Positions 1-13,335 of a stretch of 64,000 nucleotides of DNA are shown piece after piece. Below the pieces are notes generated by a model. That model made no database searches. It was not told where the DNA came from and worked only from the letters and a program-made list of their open reading frames with translations. Position 1 is the first letter of the stretch. Every line of letters begins with the position of its first letter. The stretch is from Octopus sinensis (taxonomy: Eukaryota). Made by a program: the position numbers and the translations under genes. The DNA lies in assembly GCF_006345805.1 (NCBI RefSeq), contig NC_042999.1:91140001-91204000 (forward strand), in the 5' to 3' direction.

Positions 1-307
1 GAGAAAGAGCGAGACAGAGACAAGCAGACTGATATACATTCATGGCTGGACACGTAGGAAAACAGAGATGCAGAGAGATAGGTAGCTAGCAGACAGATGC
101 AGACAAATGGCTAGCTAGCGAGTGCTATAATTTGGTTGACAGACAGACAGACACACAGTCAGATACAGAAGCAAAAAGAGAGAACGATAAACAAAATAGA
201 TAGGCTCATTGACACGTAGGCAGAAAGACACAGACAAACAGATAGAGAGAATAACAGAATGACATACATACAGGCAGCAGACAGACTGATAGGTAGGTAA
301 ACTGAAG

Positions 308-389
<82 letters not shown>

Positions 390-520
390 GAGATAGAGAG
401 ATAGATATATAGAGAAATAGATAGGCAGGGAGGTAGGCAGGTAGGCAGGTAGCTCAATAGACAGACACAGACAGACGAACAGACGGACAGACAGACAGAC
501 AGACATACAGACAGATAGAC

Positions 521-590
<70 letters not shown>

Positions 591-740
591 GGAGGTAGGG
601 AGGTAGGCAGGTAGGCAGGTAGGCAGGTGGGTCAAAAGATAGACACAGACAGACGGACGGACAGACGGACAGACAGACAGACATATAGATAGATAGATAG
701 ATAGATAGATAGATGATAGATAGATAGATAGATAGATAGA
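1..740. repeat. Compound tetranucleotide microsatellite (AGAT/AGAC/AGGT/GGAC)n
   Basis: Long (GATA)n runs at about 308-415, 520-590 and 685-740, interspersed with (GACA)n and (GGTA/GGCA)n. This explains the SIYL-repeat ORFs. Confidence 0.97.
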
Positions 741-1144
741 TAAAGTATTTTTTTGATCTTGAGATGCCATAAAAAAAGCTTGTGTACGAAAAACAATAAT
801 GGAAGTTACAGAAGCGTAAATAAAACTAACATTATCACCTATAAAATATTGCTTATTAATAATGTATATTCAGCCATTTGAAATTGTTCCTTATGTAATC
901 AATTTAAACGATATCAATTACATATAAGGTTACACAAAATACTCCAGTATTACAGTTCTATATTTAAGAGATGAGGAATTATGTACATTATTTACATTAT
1001 TTACATTTGACGCATGTTTGTCCTCATCTTGTTTGTAGTTAACACAACGTTCCGGCTGATATACCTTCCAGCCTTCTTGGTGAAATTTCGAACCTGAAAT
1101 GAGAACCCAGGTATATCAGCTGAAACGTGGTATTAACAACAAAC

Positions 1145-1258
1145 ATGTATGTATGTATGTATGTATGTATGCATGTATGCATGTATGCATGTATGTATGT
1201 ATGTATGTATGTATGTATGTATCGATGGATGGATGGATGGATGGATGAATGGATGGAA
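1145..1258. repeat. (ATGT)n/(ATGC)n/(GGAT)n microsatellite
   Basis: Directly visible tandem tetranucleotides. Confidence 0.95.
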
Positions 1259-1458
1259 GGCATCAGGGTAGGTTAGTTGTTTGGGTGGATGAACAGGCAG
1301 TTAGATATCTGGATAGCTGCAACTTCAGGCTGGTTGAAATCAAAACAAGCAGCGTGGAAATTTATAGAGTATCATTGAAATATATGTTGAAATATTTGAA
1401 ACACACACACACACATTCGCACCTACCAGACACTCACACTCATGCACACATATAAATG

Positions 1459-1780
1459 AAGGCACATGCCTCAGTGGTTAGTGCTTCGAGTTTACGAATA
1501 TGAGTTAGTGAGTTCGATTCCCGTCCCGAGCTGTGTGTTGTGCTTTTGAGCAAGACACTTTATTTTACGTTACTGCAGTTCATTCAATTTCAGAAGTGAG
1601 TTGCAATGTCACAGGTACCAAGCTGTATCGGCCGTTGTCGTTCCCTTGGACAACATCGGTGGCGTGAAGCGGGTGGGAGACTTGTTTTTATGGGTGACTG
1701 CTGGGCTTCCACAAAACAACCTTGCCCGGATTCCCATGGTTATTCGCGGTCATCCCATGGTCATTCGTGGTCGAAGGGCG

Positions 1781-1787
<7 letters not shown>
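1459..1787 (+). mobile_element. tRNA-derived SINE, family A (CORE-like central motif TTGAGCAAGACACTTTA)
   Basis: A-box-like GCCTCAGTGGTTAG and B-box GAGTTCGATTCC (1510-1521), then GTGTTGTG..TTGAGCAAGACACTT and AAGCTGTATCGGCC. Homologous copies at 17318-17635 (+) and 38783-39075 (-). Confidence 0.85.
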
Positions 1788-1809
<22 letters not shown>

Positions 1810-1815
<6 letters not shown>

Positions 1816-2887
1816 TAATAAATAAAATATATGCATACATACAAACATATATGTACGTACCGACATCTACATGTATATATACATGCATATATAAATATAT
1901 ATATATGTACAGGACATCACAAGAAGACGAAAAAATCAACAGAACGAAAACGGAGAAGACATTTTGTTACAACAGAAGGACAGAGACGTGGAACAAGACG
2001 AAACGAAAACGAAAACGGGAAAAACAATTATGTGCAGCAGAAAAACGAAGTACAGGACATGCTACACAAGGAAAAATCCCCTTCATCAGCTGTCGCTAGC
2101 AGACACGTGTTTCGAAGGCAGAGACAGAACACGTAAGGCCAAGCTAGGCCTTCCTACGAGAGAATTAAAATAAAATAAACTCGTAGAGGGGTAAACGAGC
2201 GAGAAAAAATGTAACACAAAAAGGGACGTAACAAGGAACTGCACAAAAAATACATACAAGAAAAAAATAATACAAAATTAAAGATACATGTACACGAAAA
2301 TACATAACGAAAATTAAATTACAATACGAGAAATCAAAAATAAACAGAGAACAAATGAAAAAGACGAATGGAAGCCTTTGTTCTGGCATGGACGAGAGGG
2401 TAACTGGCGAGCGCGAGGAAACATGACCTTATGGCCTGAATGCAACAAGCGGAAAGGTTTAGCAGTGACGAAAGTGAGGAGGAGTAGGAGAGAGAGAGAG
2501 AGAGAGACAGATAGAGGAAGACACAGGCTAGAGAGAAGGGTGAGGTAGAGAGAGCAAGAGAGAGAGAGAGAGAGGGGAAGTTAAAGCAAAGGGAGAGAGT
2601 TTCGCATCATTGTAGTAAAGTGTAAAACCGGACAAAGAGGAGGGAACGGAACGAAGTGAGAATTCGAAAAATCGAAAATTCAAACGAACCCGACGCGAAG
2701 CGCTGTCAGACAATAGTGTAATAAATAAAATATATGCATACATACAAACATATATGTACGTACCGACATCTACATGTATATATACATGTATATATAAATA
2801 TATATATATACGTACAGGACATCACAAGAAGACGAAAAAATCAACAGAACGAAAACGGAGAAGACATTTTGTTACAACAGAAGGACA
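1810..2887 (-). mobile_element. About 1.08-kb non-coding element bounded by ~173-bp direct repeats (Penelope/retrozyme-like or TRIM-like)
   Basis: 1810-1982 is nearly identical to 2713-2887. (TA)n flanks both outer ends. The interior has several hairpins and hammerhead core words on the minus strand. No coding ORF. Confidence 0.6.
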
Positions 2888-3092
2888 TATATATATGCGT
2901 GTGTGTGTGTCCTAATTCTTACTTGCTTGTATCTTATATTCACGACAGTTGCATCTGTTCTTAGTTTCTTTAACTTTGTAATGCAAAGTATTTTGTCCCA
3001 TCCACATACGCCATATAATTGTCAAAGATGGCAACATTATTTAGGGAACCAACCATCTATTACATTCATGAGTCATTTCAAGTGTCCGATTA

Positions 3093-4545
3093 ATAATCAT
3101 CACCATCACTTTCAATATCACTGTCCGATCCTACTCTGTCAAGGAAATCCCTTTCACTAAGTTGAATGTCACTATCATGGTCAAGTTCTTCTTCCGAATA
3201 TCCACTAACTGACTGGGCATCACTTTACCCTCTGTCCTCGTCGTCTTCGGGGTTCCAGCTTCCATTGTCCATCCACGTCCTTCGTCTGGTCTTGTCATTG
3301 AAAGCTTTGCAATGTTCGCGAGCTTCCATATCCCGGCCAGGAAGTTGCTTCGCCGAACAGGTTGCTCGAATACGTTTCTACATGGGGTCAGTGAAGCGAG
3401 ATCGGATTGCTTAAATTTTGTGAAATCATCTTTCCTACCGTAGTTTGCTCGCAAGGTTGTGAATCACAATATATTCAGATTTTTGTTCTTTTGTTACCAT
3501 ACAGCACACACGTGAAACTCTCCATTTCATTCCTCACCTCCTCCTCGACTTCAAAGACTCTCCTAACGTGGAGAACGCTTTCTGGAATGATTCATCTGTT
3601 TCAACGACTTTCAGTCCCTTCACTTTCACCTTTCCATTGATGGCACTGGTATTTTTGCACCCAGTGAAGGCATGATAACTCAGCAATAAAGAAGAGAGAA
3701 CAGGCATCGAAGATATAGCCAGCCTGGTTATATCGTTGCAGCTTTGCGTATTACCCTTTCAAATTTCAAACAGAATTTGCAGTCCTTCCAGGAATCTAGC
3801 GTGGTGAAGTAAGATGAAAAATATGTCTGAATCAGGACTCCTCGCGTGAACGGATTTGCATCCCCGTTCTTTAGCATACATACAATACAGGATCACACGA
3901 GTGTCAGATTCTTCATGTGGAGATTTGAGAGTGTGTATTTCTTGACAGAATGTGTTATATTCATCCAATGTCAATTGGTGAGCTTTTTCCTTCACATATC
4001 AGTACCATCCCATGTCCAGTGAGAATGTCAGCAGACACCTCACTCCTTCAAGCTGAGAGCAAAAGCTGAATGAATTGTGTTTTGTTCTCATCATTTGCAA
4101 GAAAAACTTTCCAGTCTTTCGGACGCTTTGTTTTCTCACTACTCAAGATGAGTTTGTCTCCAAAACCTCGTCTGTTTCATTCCATCTATTTTACAGAGTC
4201 TTCCTTGTACATGTCATTGCTAAATATGACAGGTAACAGGTGAAGAGCAGATCCCAACACCTTACGAGATATTTTCCGGAATTTGGCTCGTTCTTTACAT
4301 GACTTTTTCCATCTTTGATAGGCACTGTAGTTTGTCTGCAGGCCGCTGATGCCCTCTCCAGTCGATCCACTTCCACCTTTTGATTTTGCATGTTTCATAA
4401 AAGTTTCTTCGATTGTCTTGTCGACAGCACACAAACTACCTGGAATAAAGGATCTCGCCACACTGATTGCACCTCTCTTTAATAGATCCTCTGCACCGGG
4501 ATGAGAATGTTCAATGTTTTGTTCCCTGGCGGTAGTATGTTGCAT
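3093..4545 (-). mobile_element. Degenerate DNA-transposon ORF with an XPG/FEN1-like (PIN + H3TH) nuclease domain, probably AcademX-like
   Basis: Frameshifted minus-strand translation gives AVDKTIEETFMKHAKSKGG, KRPKDWKVFLANDENK, HEESDTRVILY...RSPDSDIFFILL, YHAFTGCKNTSAINGK (H3TH-like), LTPCRNVFEQPVRRSNFLAGIWK...GW and an acidic tail. The Academ assignment is inference from the XPG-like domain. Confidence 0.6.
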
Positions 4546-4974
4546 CGTCTATGAAGTAATTGTTTTGTAGGATGAACTTAGGGATTCAATGACAAAAGTC
4601 TGGTTTATGCGGTCCGGGAGAATTCTAACCAGAATTTTGTTGCCTCTATTCCGTAGTGATGTGAAATGTTAGTGTTGAAGTTGATGACATCGAAGGAGCC
4701 TAATAGTGCTTCACTCTCTAGACTCATTCTTATTTTTCAAGCATCGAAAATAGCTAGACCCCTTTGTTACAAGAATTGATTACTTCATAATATCCCTTGA
4801 AAAGCTAATTTATATAGCAAAAACCAGTTGGATATCACATCAATAAAATATGTATATATAAAAAAAATCTCTTTATAAAAAGATATTAAACTATGTGAAA
4901 CGAAAGCATGTTTTCCATATATTTTCAAAATTTTTCCACGTGGCGTATACTGAATCTCCAGTATACCTGCTCCT

Positions 4975-5014
4975 TTTATATATATACACATATATGTATA
5001 TATATGTGTGTGTA

Positions 5015-5049
<35 letters not shown>

Positions 5050-5093
5050 GTGTGTGTATATATATAATATATGTATATATATATATCTATATA

Positions 5094-5162
<69 letters not shown>
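4975..5162. repeat. (TA)n/(TG)n microsatellite
   Basis: Directly visible. Confidence 0.95.
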
Positions 5163-5165
<3 letters not shown>

Positions 5166-6029
5166 GAACAATACACTTAGGACATGATTAAGAGACGAAA
5201 GATGGAAGTAAGTTTTTTCTAAATGCCATTTCAAAAGAAGACATTTGTAAACCTTGTCATATGTATATATGTGTAACACGAGTAAAAGGTGTAGATTTCT
5301 AACTACATCGTACGCCATTAAACCACGCAAAATGTCATAGATTTATGTTTATTAAATATTAAAAAAAGAACAATTACAAAAAGAAACAGAATCAAACATT
5401 TACCTTGATACTTGTTTCTTCTCTCTGTATGGCTACCTGTCATTAATATATATTCATGCTTTTCGGCGTTTATTTCGAAAGCCTATTTAATGGTTGAAAT
5501 TTTATGCCTCTCTCTATCTCTCTCTCTCTCTCTCTCTCTCGCTCGCTCTCTCTCTCTCTCGCTCTCTCTCCCCCCTCTCTCTCTCTCTCACACACACCTA
5601 CATATATCAACATATATTTATAAATGAGTGCATGTGTTTGTGTGTGTGTATTGAAAACTTGTGATCTGGAATGAGATATAATTATCGTTAACCTTTCGTA
5701 AGAACACCACGTAAATCTATGTGTCCAACATTCAAGCAGGTTTTAAATATAATTTGTACTCAGAGTTTCGTTTGGTATTATATACATTTGAACATATTGC
5801 AGAGTGTGTACCCAGGAGAATAATATAACTGGAGATTCCGTTACAAAACGTTATTTTACTTTGGCATCATAAATTACATTATAGTTACAGGTGCTTCAGT
5901 TTTACATACGGTTGCATGGTCATCTAAGAACACGAGATCATCAGAAAAAAGTTTTGAATTGTAATCGACTCTCCTGTCTTACTCTGAACAGGTACACACA
6001 CACACACACACGCACATACTAATATATAT

Positions 6030-6063
<34 letters not shown>

Positions 6064-6130
6064 CACGTAAATGTCGAACGATGAAAATGAGTGCTGAACA
6101 CCGCATTAGTGGATATAATTTCTTTATTTG

Positions 6131-7042
6131 TTAAGGCTATCATTTGTTTCATGTTAAGAAAAGAAGGAAAATGTCCTAGTGTCTTAACAATTATACAAGC
6201 CGATCATATGGAAGAAAGTGTTCGCTTCCACTTTGGAAAACATAGTCTCGTTTAGTTCGCGGAGATTCTCGTGAATTCTCGTGAAAATCTCGTGAATAAA
6301 ACGATAAATCAAGAGACATTACTCTTGGATGGCATCGTTAGAATGTGTCTCCCTTGGATTTGTCATTTGGCCAAACTGTTGTGTTATCAATTTGCTTGCA
6401 TTATTTTATTTTTGGTTTTGGGTGTGGTGTTCTTATGCTTGTGTGCTGAGGTAGTTCGTCATTGGGGCATATTACTTCTTTGCGTAGAGTTTGTGTACGA
6501 TGTGTTTTCAAACTTCGCGTTCAGGAAAGGGGCTTTCCTTGTGGGATTAACGTTGCAATGGCGATTCTTCTTTGAAGTATTTGAGTGTAAATACTTCAAA
6601 TACTTCAAAGAAGGGCCACCATTTGTAACGTTAATCCCACCAGGGTAGCCCCTTTCCTGAATGAGAAATTTGAAAACACATAGAACACAAACTCCACACA
6701 CACAAGAAATATACCCCAATGACGAACTACCTCAGCATACAAGTATAAAAACACCATACCCAGAGCAAAACTAAAATAATGCATACAACTTGACCACACA
6801 ACAGCTTGGTCAAAAGAAAAAATCCAAGAGAGACAAGCATTCTAAAGATGCCACCCAAGAGTAACGTCCTTTGATTCATCGTTTTATTTACGAGATTTCA
6901 CGAGAATTTCCGCGAACTAAACGAAACTGTGTTTTCCAAAATAGAGGCGAACATCTTTCCTCCATGTAATCGGCTTGAATAATTTGTTAAAGAGGAAGAC
7001 ATTTTCCTGCTTTTCTTAACATGAAACCAATGGTAATCTTAA
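6131..7042. mobile_element. About 910-bp foldback/MITE: near-complete degenerate palindrome flanked by TTAA
   Basis: 6131-6585 is an imperfect reverse complement of about 6592-7042, e.g. TTTCATGTTAAGAAAAG / CTTTTCTTAACATGAAA and TGCTGAGGTAGTTCGTCATTGGGG / CCCCAATGACGAACTACCTCAGCA. TTAA at 6131-6134 and 7039-7042. Confidence 0.85.
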
Positions 7043-7109
7043 TTCACACGCACACACACACGCACACACACACACACACGCGCGCGCGCGCACACACACA
7101 CACACACAC

Positions 7110-7164
<55 letters not shown>

Positions 7165-8461
7165 CATACATATATACTGTATAGTATGGCTTCAACAGGT
7201 AGAATAACACTCGATTAGATACGAATATAAAGATAATGTTATAATGAAATCCACAAAACTTGTGAAATACACCTACCCAGGATTCCCTGGTCGAAGCATT
7301 AATTTATTTATCTATTTTTCAAGCTGATAAGAATAAAACCGTTTGGAGTTGTTAAGAAAAAGACCGTCCGCTAGTTATTGATTAGCCGCCGCTGCATTGA
7401 ACAATAAGGGGTGGCACACTTTAAATATCACACCACGGATAATCAAAAAGATGAAAAACTAAATGGCCTGAGAAATGATTTGTACGCAGAACATGCTACT
7501 TAGTTAAAGAATATATTGTATTCAATGGCCTATTATTTGACATGAACCGTTTGTTTTTTGCTATATATTTATTTAATCAGTTGAAACATGTTGTGAGGAA
7601 AACCATGACGGATTTAAGCAAAAGAACAAGATATCTATTACACTTTATATGCAAGGAAAACAAAATACAATTACACTTTATATGCAAGGAAAATAAAAAG
7701 GAAAGACAAAGAACAACTAAAATGCTTCTGTTGATAAATCTTTATGTAGATTCCATGTATTGGAGGATCTTATTTTATGGTTGGTAAATCCTTGGGAATG
7801 AACTATACCCCTTACTTTGTTAACCTTTTGAAGACCTATTTTTAAAATGTTCTCTCTGTGAAATTTTTCAACAGAACATATAGAGCCATAAAGTTTCAGG
7901 ATAATCTCTACAAAGGCATAAAGATGATTTCATGCGAGCTGCTCGTGACAGAATATAGCCAACATTATCTATGTATCTTAATATTTTCCAGTATCTGATA
8001 TGATGTATATGTTGCTGAATATGAGATACACACGAGAGAGAGAAAGAGAGAACGGAGGAAGGAGAGAAATGGAGAGGAGAAGCTGGTGGAGACAGATAAG
8101 AGAGTTTGACTGAATGGTTTAAAACTTTATGTACCCTTTGCAAGGTCCAAGTTTCAATCCTAGCGTTCGGCATCTTACGCGTGATTATTTGACTAGCTTT
8201 CCTGTAACCCAAGGTCTACGAAGTTAGGTATAGGGAAATTTTTGGAATTTTGTCGCTTGAATTGTACAGGTATATACAAAGGTCCAGTCTGGTAGCTCTG
8301 TATCATACTGATTTTATCTGAACATTATGGTAAGGGAGCATGTCTCTTTCGAATACAGAACCATGTGTATATTGGTGCATTGAGCTTGATCACTTGTTCG
8401 ATCAAATTCTTGACAAGAATTCTGAAAGAATTTTTTTTTGCACACCTCCCCGTCTCCACTG

Positions 8462-8499
<38 letters not shown>

Positions 8500-8607
8500 A
8501 TATATATATCACGCATACAGTTACACACATTATATTATATGTACAACAGACATCGATACCTGCACATTTTCTATCTACAAATACCACTCACAATATATGG
8601 TTTAAAC

Positions 8608-8950
8608 CAATGGTTTTCAACCGGGGCCCATACGGCCCCTGATGTTCTGTATGGTGAGGTTTCACACAACAAAAAAGTAAATCAGGTATCCAAAATAATA
8701 TTTTAAGGGCTCTGAAAAGATCTGTAGTTGACAAATGCATTGGTATGTATTGCAAGAAACAGCCTCGTCTCTTTCTCTAGCATTTTACATAGATTAACCT
8801 ACACATGTTAATGTGTGAAAAACAAAGTAGGAATTTTGAAAGAAGTATCTATAAAACTAGTTCTTTAAACATGGGATAACTATGGGGATTCTGCAGAACA
8901 TAATAATTATCAAAGGGGTCCATAGATAACAAAAAATGGTTGAGAACCCT
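8608..8950. mobile_element. hAT (Charlie-like) MITE
   Basis: Left end CAATGGTTTTCAACCGGGGCCC, right end GGTTGAGAACCC (CAGTGGTTCTCAACC-type TIR). Left flank GTTTAAAC and right flank TTAAAC fit a partly eroded 8-bp TSD. Confidence 0.7.
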
Positions 8951-9646
8951 TAAACGAAGCTACAATAGTAGATACAAGTGCAACCATATGGGCGAAAGCG
9001 AGCTAATTAGTCACATGAATTGACCCATAAATCATAATTTGGGAGATTACACTGTGGCAGAAGTATAAGAATATCATAGTTTATTCTTTCTCAGTAACTG
9101 AAGGTGTGTGTTGAAGTAGTACGAGAAAGAGTTAAATTTTACTGATTTACGATGTACTTTCTAATAAGTGAGTAGATAAAAAACTTTTATCAGTCCCAAA
9201 CCAAAAATAAAATGTATTTCTAAGAACATAATCACCATTTCATTTCATATGCTATTACATTTATCATATCATATTACTGTTTTCTCGTATCGTAGTCTGT
9301 AATAAAACTTATTAATTTCCATTTTCAACTCTATTCCCATTATGTCTCTCTCATGAAATTTGGTCACTATTATTTTTATTGATTGTGACAAAAATCTAAA
9401 CAATATAAAGAGGACACACAAATATACAACAACATTAACGTATAAATCTCCTCTGCGCGTACAAGATCACACGCATTAACTCTCGAATGCGCACAGGCAC
9501 ACACACTCACAATTCCTTCTGTGTACATACATATATACGCAAATGTATCTATGTCAGTCTATCTATCTAGATACACGCGTATATTTGAAGGTACATACTA
9601 CATTTATTTGTCTATGTATGCATGTAAATATATACGTACCTATATA

Positions 9647-9723
<77 letters not shown>

Positions 9724-11269
9724 TTATTTATACAATCAAAATAAGCAAGAGGATATCCAGGGATGAAACAGTACGACCGTTTCAAGCGCTCCATTTAATT
9801 GATCAATGCAATCATTACATCAATTTAAATGCAGGGCAATCCACAGCTGCATAAATAAATAAATAGAATTAATTTAATCAGTCGGACACAGTTGTATAAT
9901 TTTACTTAAATCCTCTAAGAGGGTAAGAAGACAGACAAAGTCCATGCTACTTTCACATCAGCTTAGAAGTTTCTAAGACATGAGGAAGAAAAACGTGTTA
10001 GAGTCCTAGCTTGTCACCGATTTTGGGGTCGGTTTTAATTTATAATCTTGTTTATCAAATCTTTGTATAACAAAATCTAAAATTTGAAACGTTTATATTA
10101 ATTTAGCATTAGAATTCTTCAAGTTGTAAAAAAATAGTTATTGTCTGCATCATTCGAAAGAGAAATAAATTCTGCATAAGGTGTAAAAGATAAAAGTAAT
10201 TTGTATGGTGTTAGTAACAAAATATTCTGTAACAAATAGAACTTTTATCATCGGTCTTAAATTTATATTCGCCAGTGTACTTGTTTCTGGAAAGATTACG
10301 TCTTTTCTTTGGTAGCATATTTTCCCCGATATTGTAAACAAAAAATTATGAGCATAGAAAGAAATTATACATTAATCCCTATTTTTGTAAGCAGTTGTAT
10401 CCGTAAACATTTTATTTCAAGAGAGCAGAAGTTGAAAGAAGATAAGCGCAAAGGATAGAGAAAGAAAGTGAAAGATGTATGTACGTCTATATGAAATGGA
10501 CGTGTGTGTATGTGCGTGCGTGCTAGCGCGTGTGTATGTGAGAGAGAAATGGGATGAGAAAGAGACATAGAATGAATGAGTGAAGGTGTGTGTCGTGATG
10601 ATTGATGTATTTTAAGGTACACACTCATATAGAAAATGTGACGTAATAGTATAAATTTTTTACGATAGTTGATTTATAGAAAAGATTATGTTAAACTTTT
10701 GAAATGCAAATATGTGAATGAAAATTAAGTTCAATTTGTAGCCAAATAGCACTGAATCTTTTGATACCCCATACGTCAAAATCTGTAACTCGGTTTTGGA
10801 AAGCAAAAGGAATATATAATATCAATGAGGTAGACCTCTACATATTAGCTAGAAGTGGTAGAAATAGCTCTCTCAAAACACCCTACTGTCTTAATGCGAC
10901 AATTCTGCCTATTATGCAGTTTGAATGAGAAACTGTAACTAAAGATTAAGAGAGGAAGGAAAAGAGATATCATAGCGACCGTTTTGGCTGACTGTCATCC
11001 TGTACTCCCCTTGTTGCTAGCGAAATGGCATGAGCCGGCTGTCTGAACAACTGGTTGTTTTAATGGCGAAACAAACAGGACGTAAAGATTACAAAAATAG
11101 CGATTCTCACTTTGAAACTAAGGATTTTGAAACTCTTTTTAGATTACGAAACGCCCAGCTCTCTTATGTATCCCTGTTTAAAATTCCAGCGCGATCGGAT
11201 GAACAATACTCGAGTTATAAGCGCACAAACATACAGATGGAACGAATTTTATATACACTTTTACGCTTT

Positions 11270-11469
11270 TTACTGTTTTACTTGTTTCAGTCATTTGACT
11301 GTGGTCATGCTGGAACACCGCCTTTAGTGGACCAAATCGACCCCAGGACTTATACTTTGTAAGCCTAGTACGTATTCTATCGGTTTTTTGCCGAACCGCT
11401 AAGTTACGGGGACGTAAGCACACAAGTATCGGTTGTCAAGCGATGTTGGTGGGACAATCACAGACACAA

Positions 11470-11475
<6 letters not shown>
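11270..11475 (-). mobile_element. SINE family B, 3' part
   Basis: TTTCAGTCATTTGACTGTGGTCATGCTGGAACACCGCC...AAGTTACGGGGACGTAA...GTTGTCAAGCGATG matches the family-B copies at 12255-12625 and 42321-42687. Confidence 0.85.
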
Positions 11476-11514
<39 letters not shown>

Positions 11515-12254
11515 CATATTATATACGCATACATATGTGCACACGTATGTATATATATATATATATATATATATTTGGCACATATTCATTGCATATACGC
11601 ATATATACATATGCCCATACACCTGTGTATATATATGTATATACATATACGTGCGCTCAGGCAAGCACTCAGACACACAGAAACACGTATGCACACACAG
11701 ACGCACGCACACACACATACACACGGTTATATATAGGTATTAAATTTCAAAATATAAATCGAATGGAAATGAAAATGACATCGTATATAAATCGCTTTAA
11801 AGTGCGAAAGAAACTAAAACGTAAATATAAAAAAGAATTAATAATAAATAAATCATGAATAATATTTACTACATAGGAGTTCATATATATAAAGCAGGGT
11901 CGATAAATAATAAATGAATTGTGAATAAAAAATAGTAAATTCTACTAGCGGAAACACCTGGACTTTAGATGAAGATTGGCTTTACAAAAGGTAACAGCAA
12001 AACGGAACCAGCTGAAGTAAATCTGTACCCTTGTATTAAACGTTGGCATGTATCCATCTCATTGCATATAAAGCGTAGTGCAAAATTTATTCATTTAGAA
12101 GTAGATAAACTTCATACGTCTATACCTACCTAAATACATACACACATACATACATGCATACATGCATACATACATACATACATACATACATACATACATA
12201 CATACTGATATTGTACATGTACATATCTATATATATTTAATTATATACATATAT

Positions 12255-12452
12255 TTATTTGTTTCATTCATTTGCCTGCGGCCATGCTGGAACACCGCCT
12301 TTAGTCGAGCAAATCGACTGATCCTTTGTAAGCCTGTACTTACTCTATCGGTCTTTTTTGCCGAATCGCTATGTTACGAGGGTGTAAACACACCAGCATC
12401 GGTTGTCAAGCGATGTTCGGGGGACAAACACAGACACATAAACACACACACA

Positions 12453-12498
<46 letters not shown>

Positions 12499-12625
12499 GT
12501 ACGACGGGCTTCTTTCAGTTTCCGTCTGCCAAATCCACTCACAAGGCTGTGGTCGGCCACGCAGTGGTACTTGAACCCGGAACCATGTGGTCGGTAAGCA
12601 AGCTACTTACCACACAGCCACTCCT
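12255..12625 (-). mobile_element. tRNA-derived SINE, family B (internal TG/TA microsatellite), near full length
   Basis: Minus-strand head AGGAGTGGCTGTGTGGTAAG...GGTTCCGGGTTCAAGTACC (A/B-box-like), internal (TG)n, and a 3' part shared with the other copies. Confidence 0.85.
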
Positions 12626-12800
12626 CGTTTTCTTTTTCTGTTTTCTCCCGTTCTTACACGAAGTTGGGGAAACAAGTGTTAACATGACCTTTGTGAAAAA
12701 CCAATTAGCCCATACATTCCACTAGCCAACGTTATACAGTACCGGCCAATAATATAAGACAGTGATTATAAGGAACTTGTCCTCTTAGAATTCTTTCAAC

Positions 12801-12801
12801 C

Positions 12802-12876
<75 letters not shown>

Positions 12877-12878
12877 CC

Positions 12879-12920
<42 letters not shown>

Positions 12921-12921
12921 C

Positions 12922-12971
<50 letters not shown>

Positions 12972-13209
12972 ATATGTCTATCTGTCCGTTTCTCTGTCTA
13001 TCACTGTATATGTATGTATGTGTGTGTATGTATGTATGTATGTATGTATGTATGTATGTATGTATGAATGTACGTATGTATGTGTGTAGGTATGAGCGTA
13101 TGTATGTAAATGTGTGTATGTATACTCGAAAATACTGCAAGAGGAAACGCGTGTGATATAAAAAGCATTATATTTCACCCATTGCGAAATTTTGCGTGCC
13201 TGTGTGTGC

Positions 13210-13264
<55 letters not shown>

Positions 13265-13335
13265 TGTGTGTGTTTGTGTGTGTGCCTGTGTGTGTATGCG
13301 TGTGTGCGCGTGTGGAAGTGTGCGTGTGTGTGTGC
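12801..13335. repeat. (TATC)n, (TATG)n and (TG)n microsatellite block
   Basis: Directly visible. Confidence 0.95.

Noticed and set aside
159-770. 203-aa ORF and the many similar [19 protein letters not shown] ORFs across the window
   Set aside because: These are translations of (GATA)n, (TA)n, (CA)n and (TAA)n microsatellites, with no protein-like content.
1814-2887. LTR retrotransposon/TRIM reading (the repeats can be trimmed to TGT...ACA)
   Set aside because: No primer-binding site or polypurine tract in either orientation, repeat identity extends 4 nt beyond the TG, and there is no 4-6-bp TSD. Kept only as an unclassified direct-repeat element.
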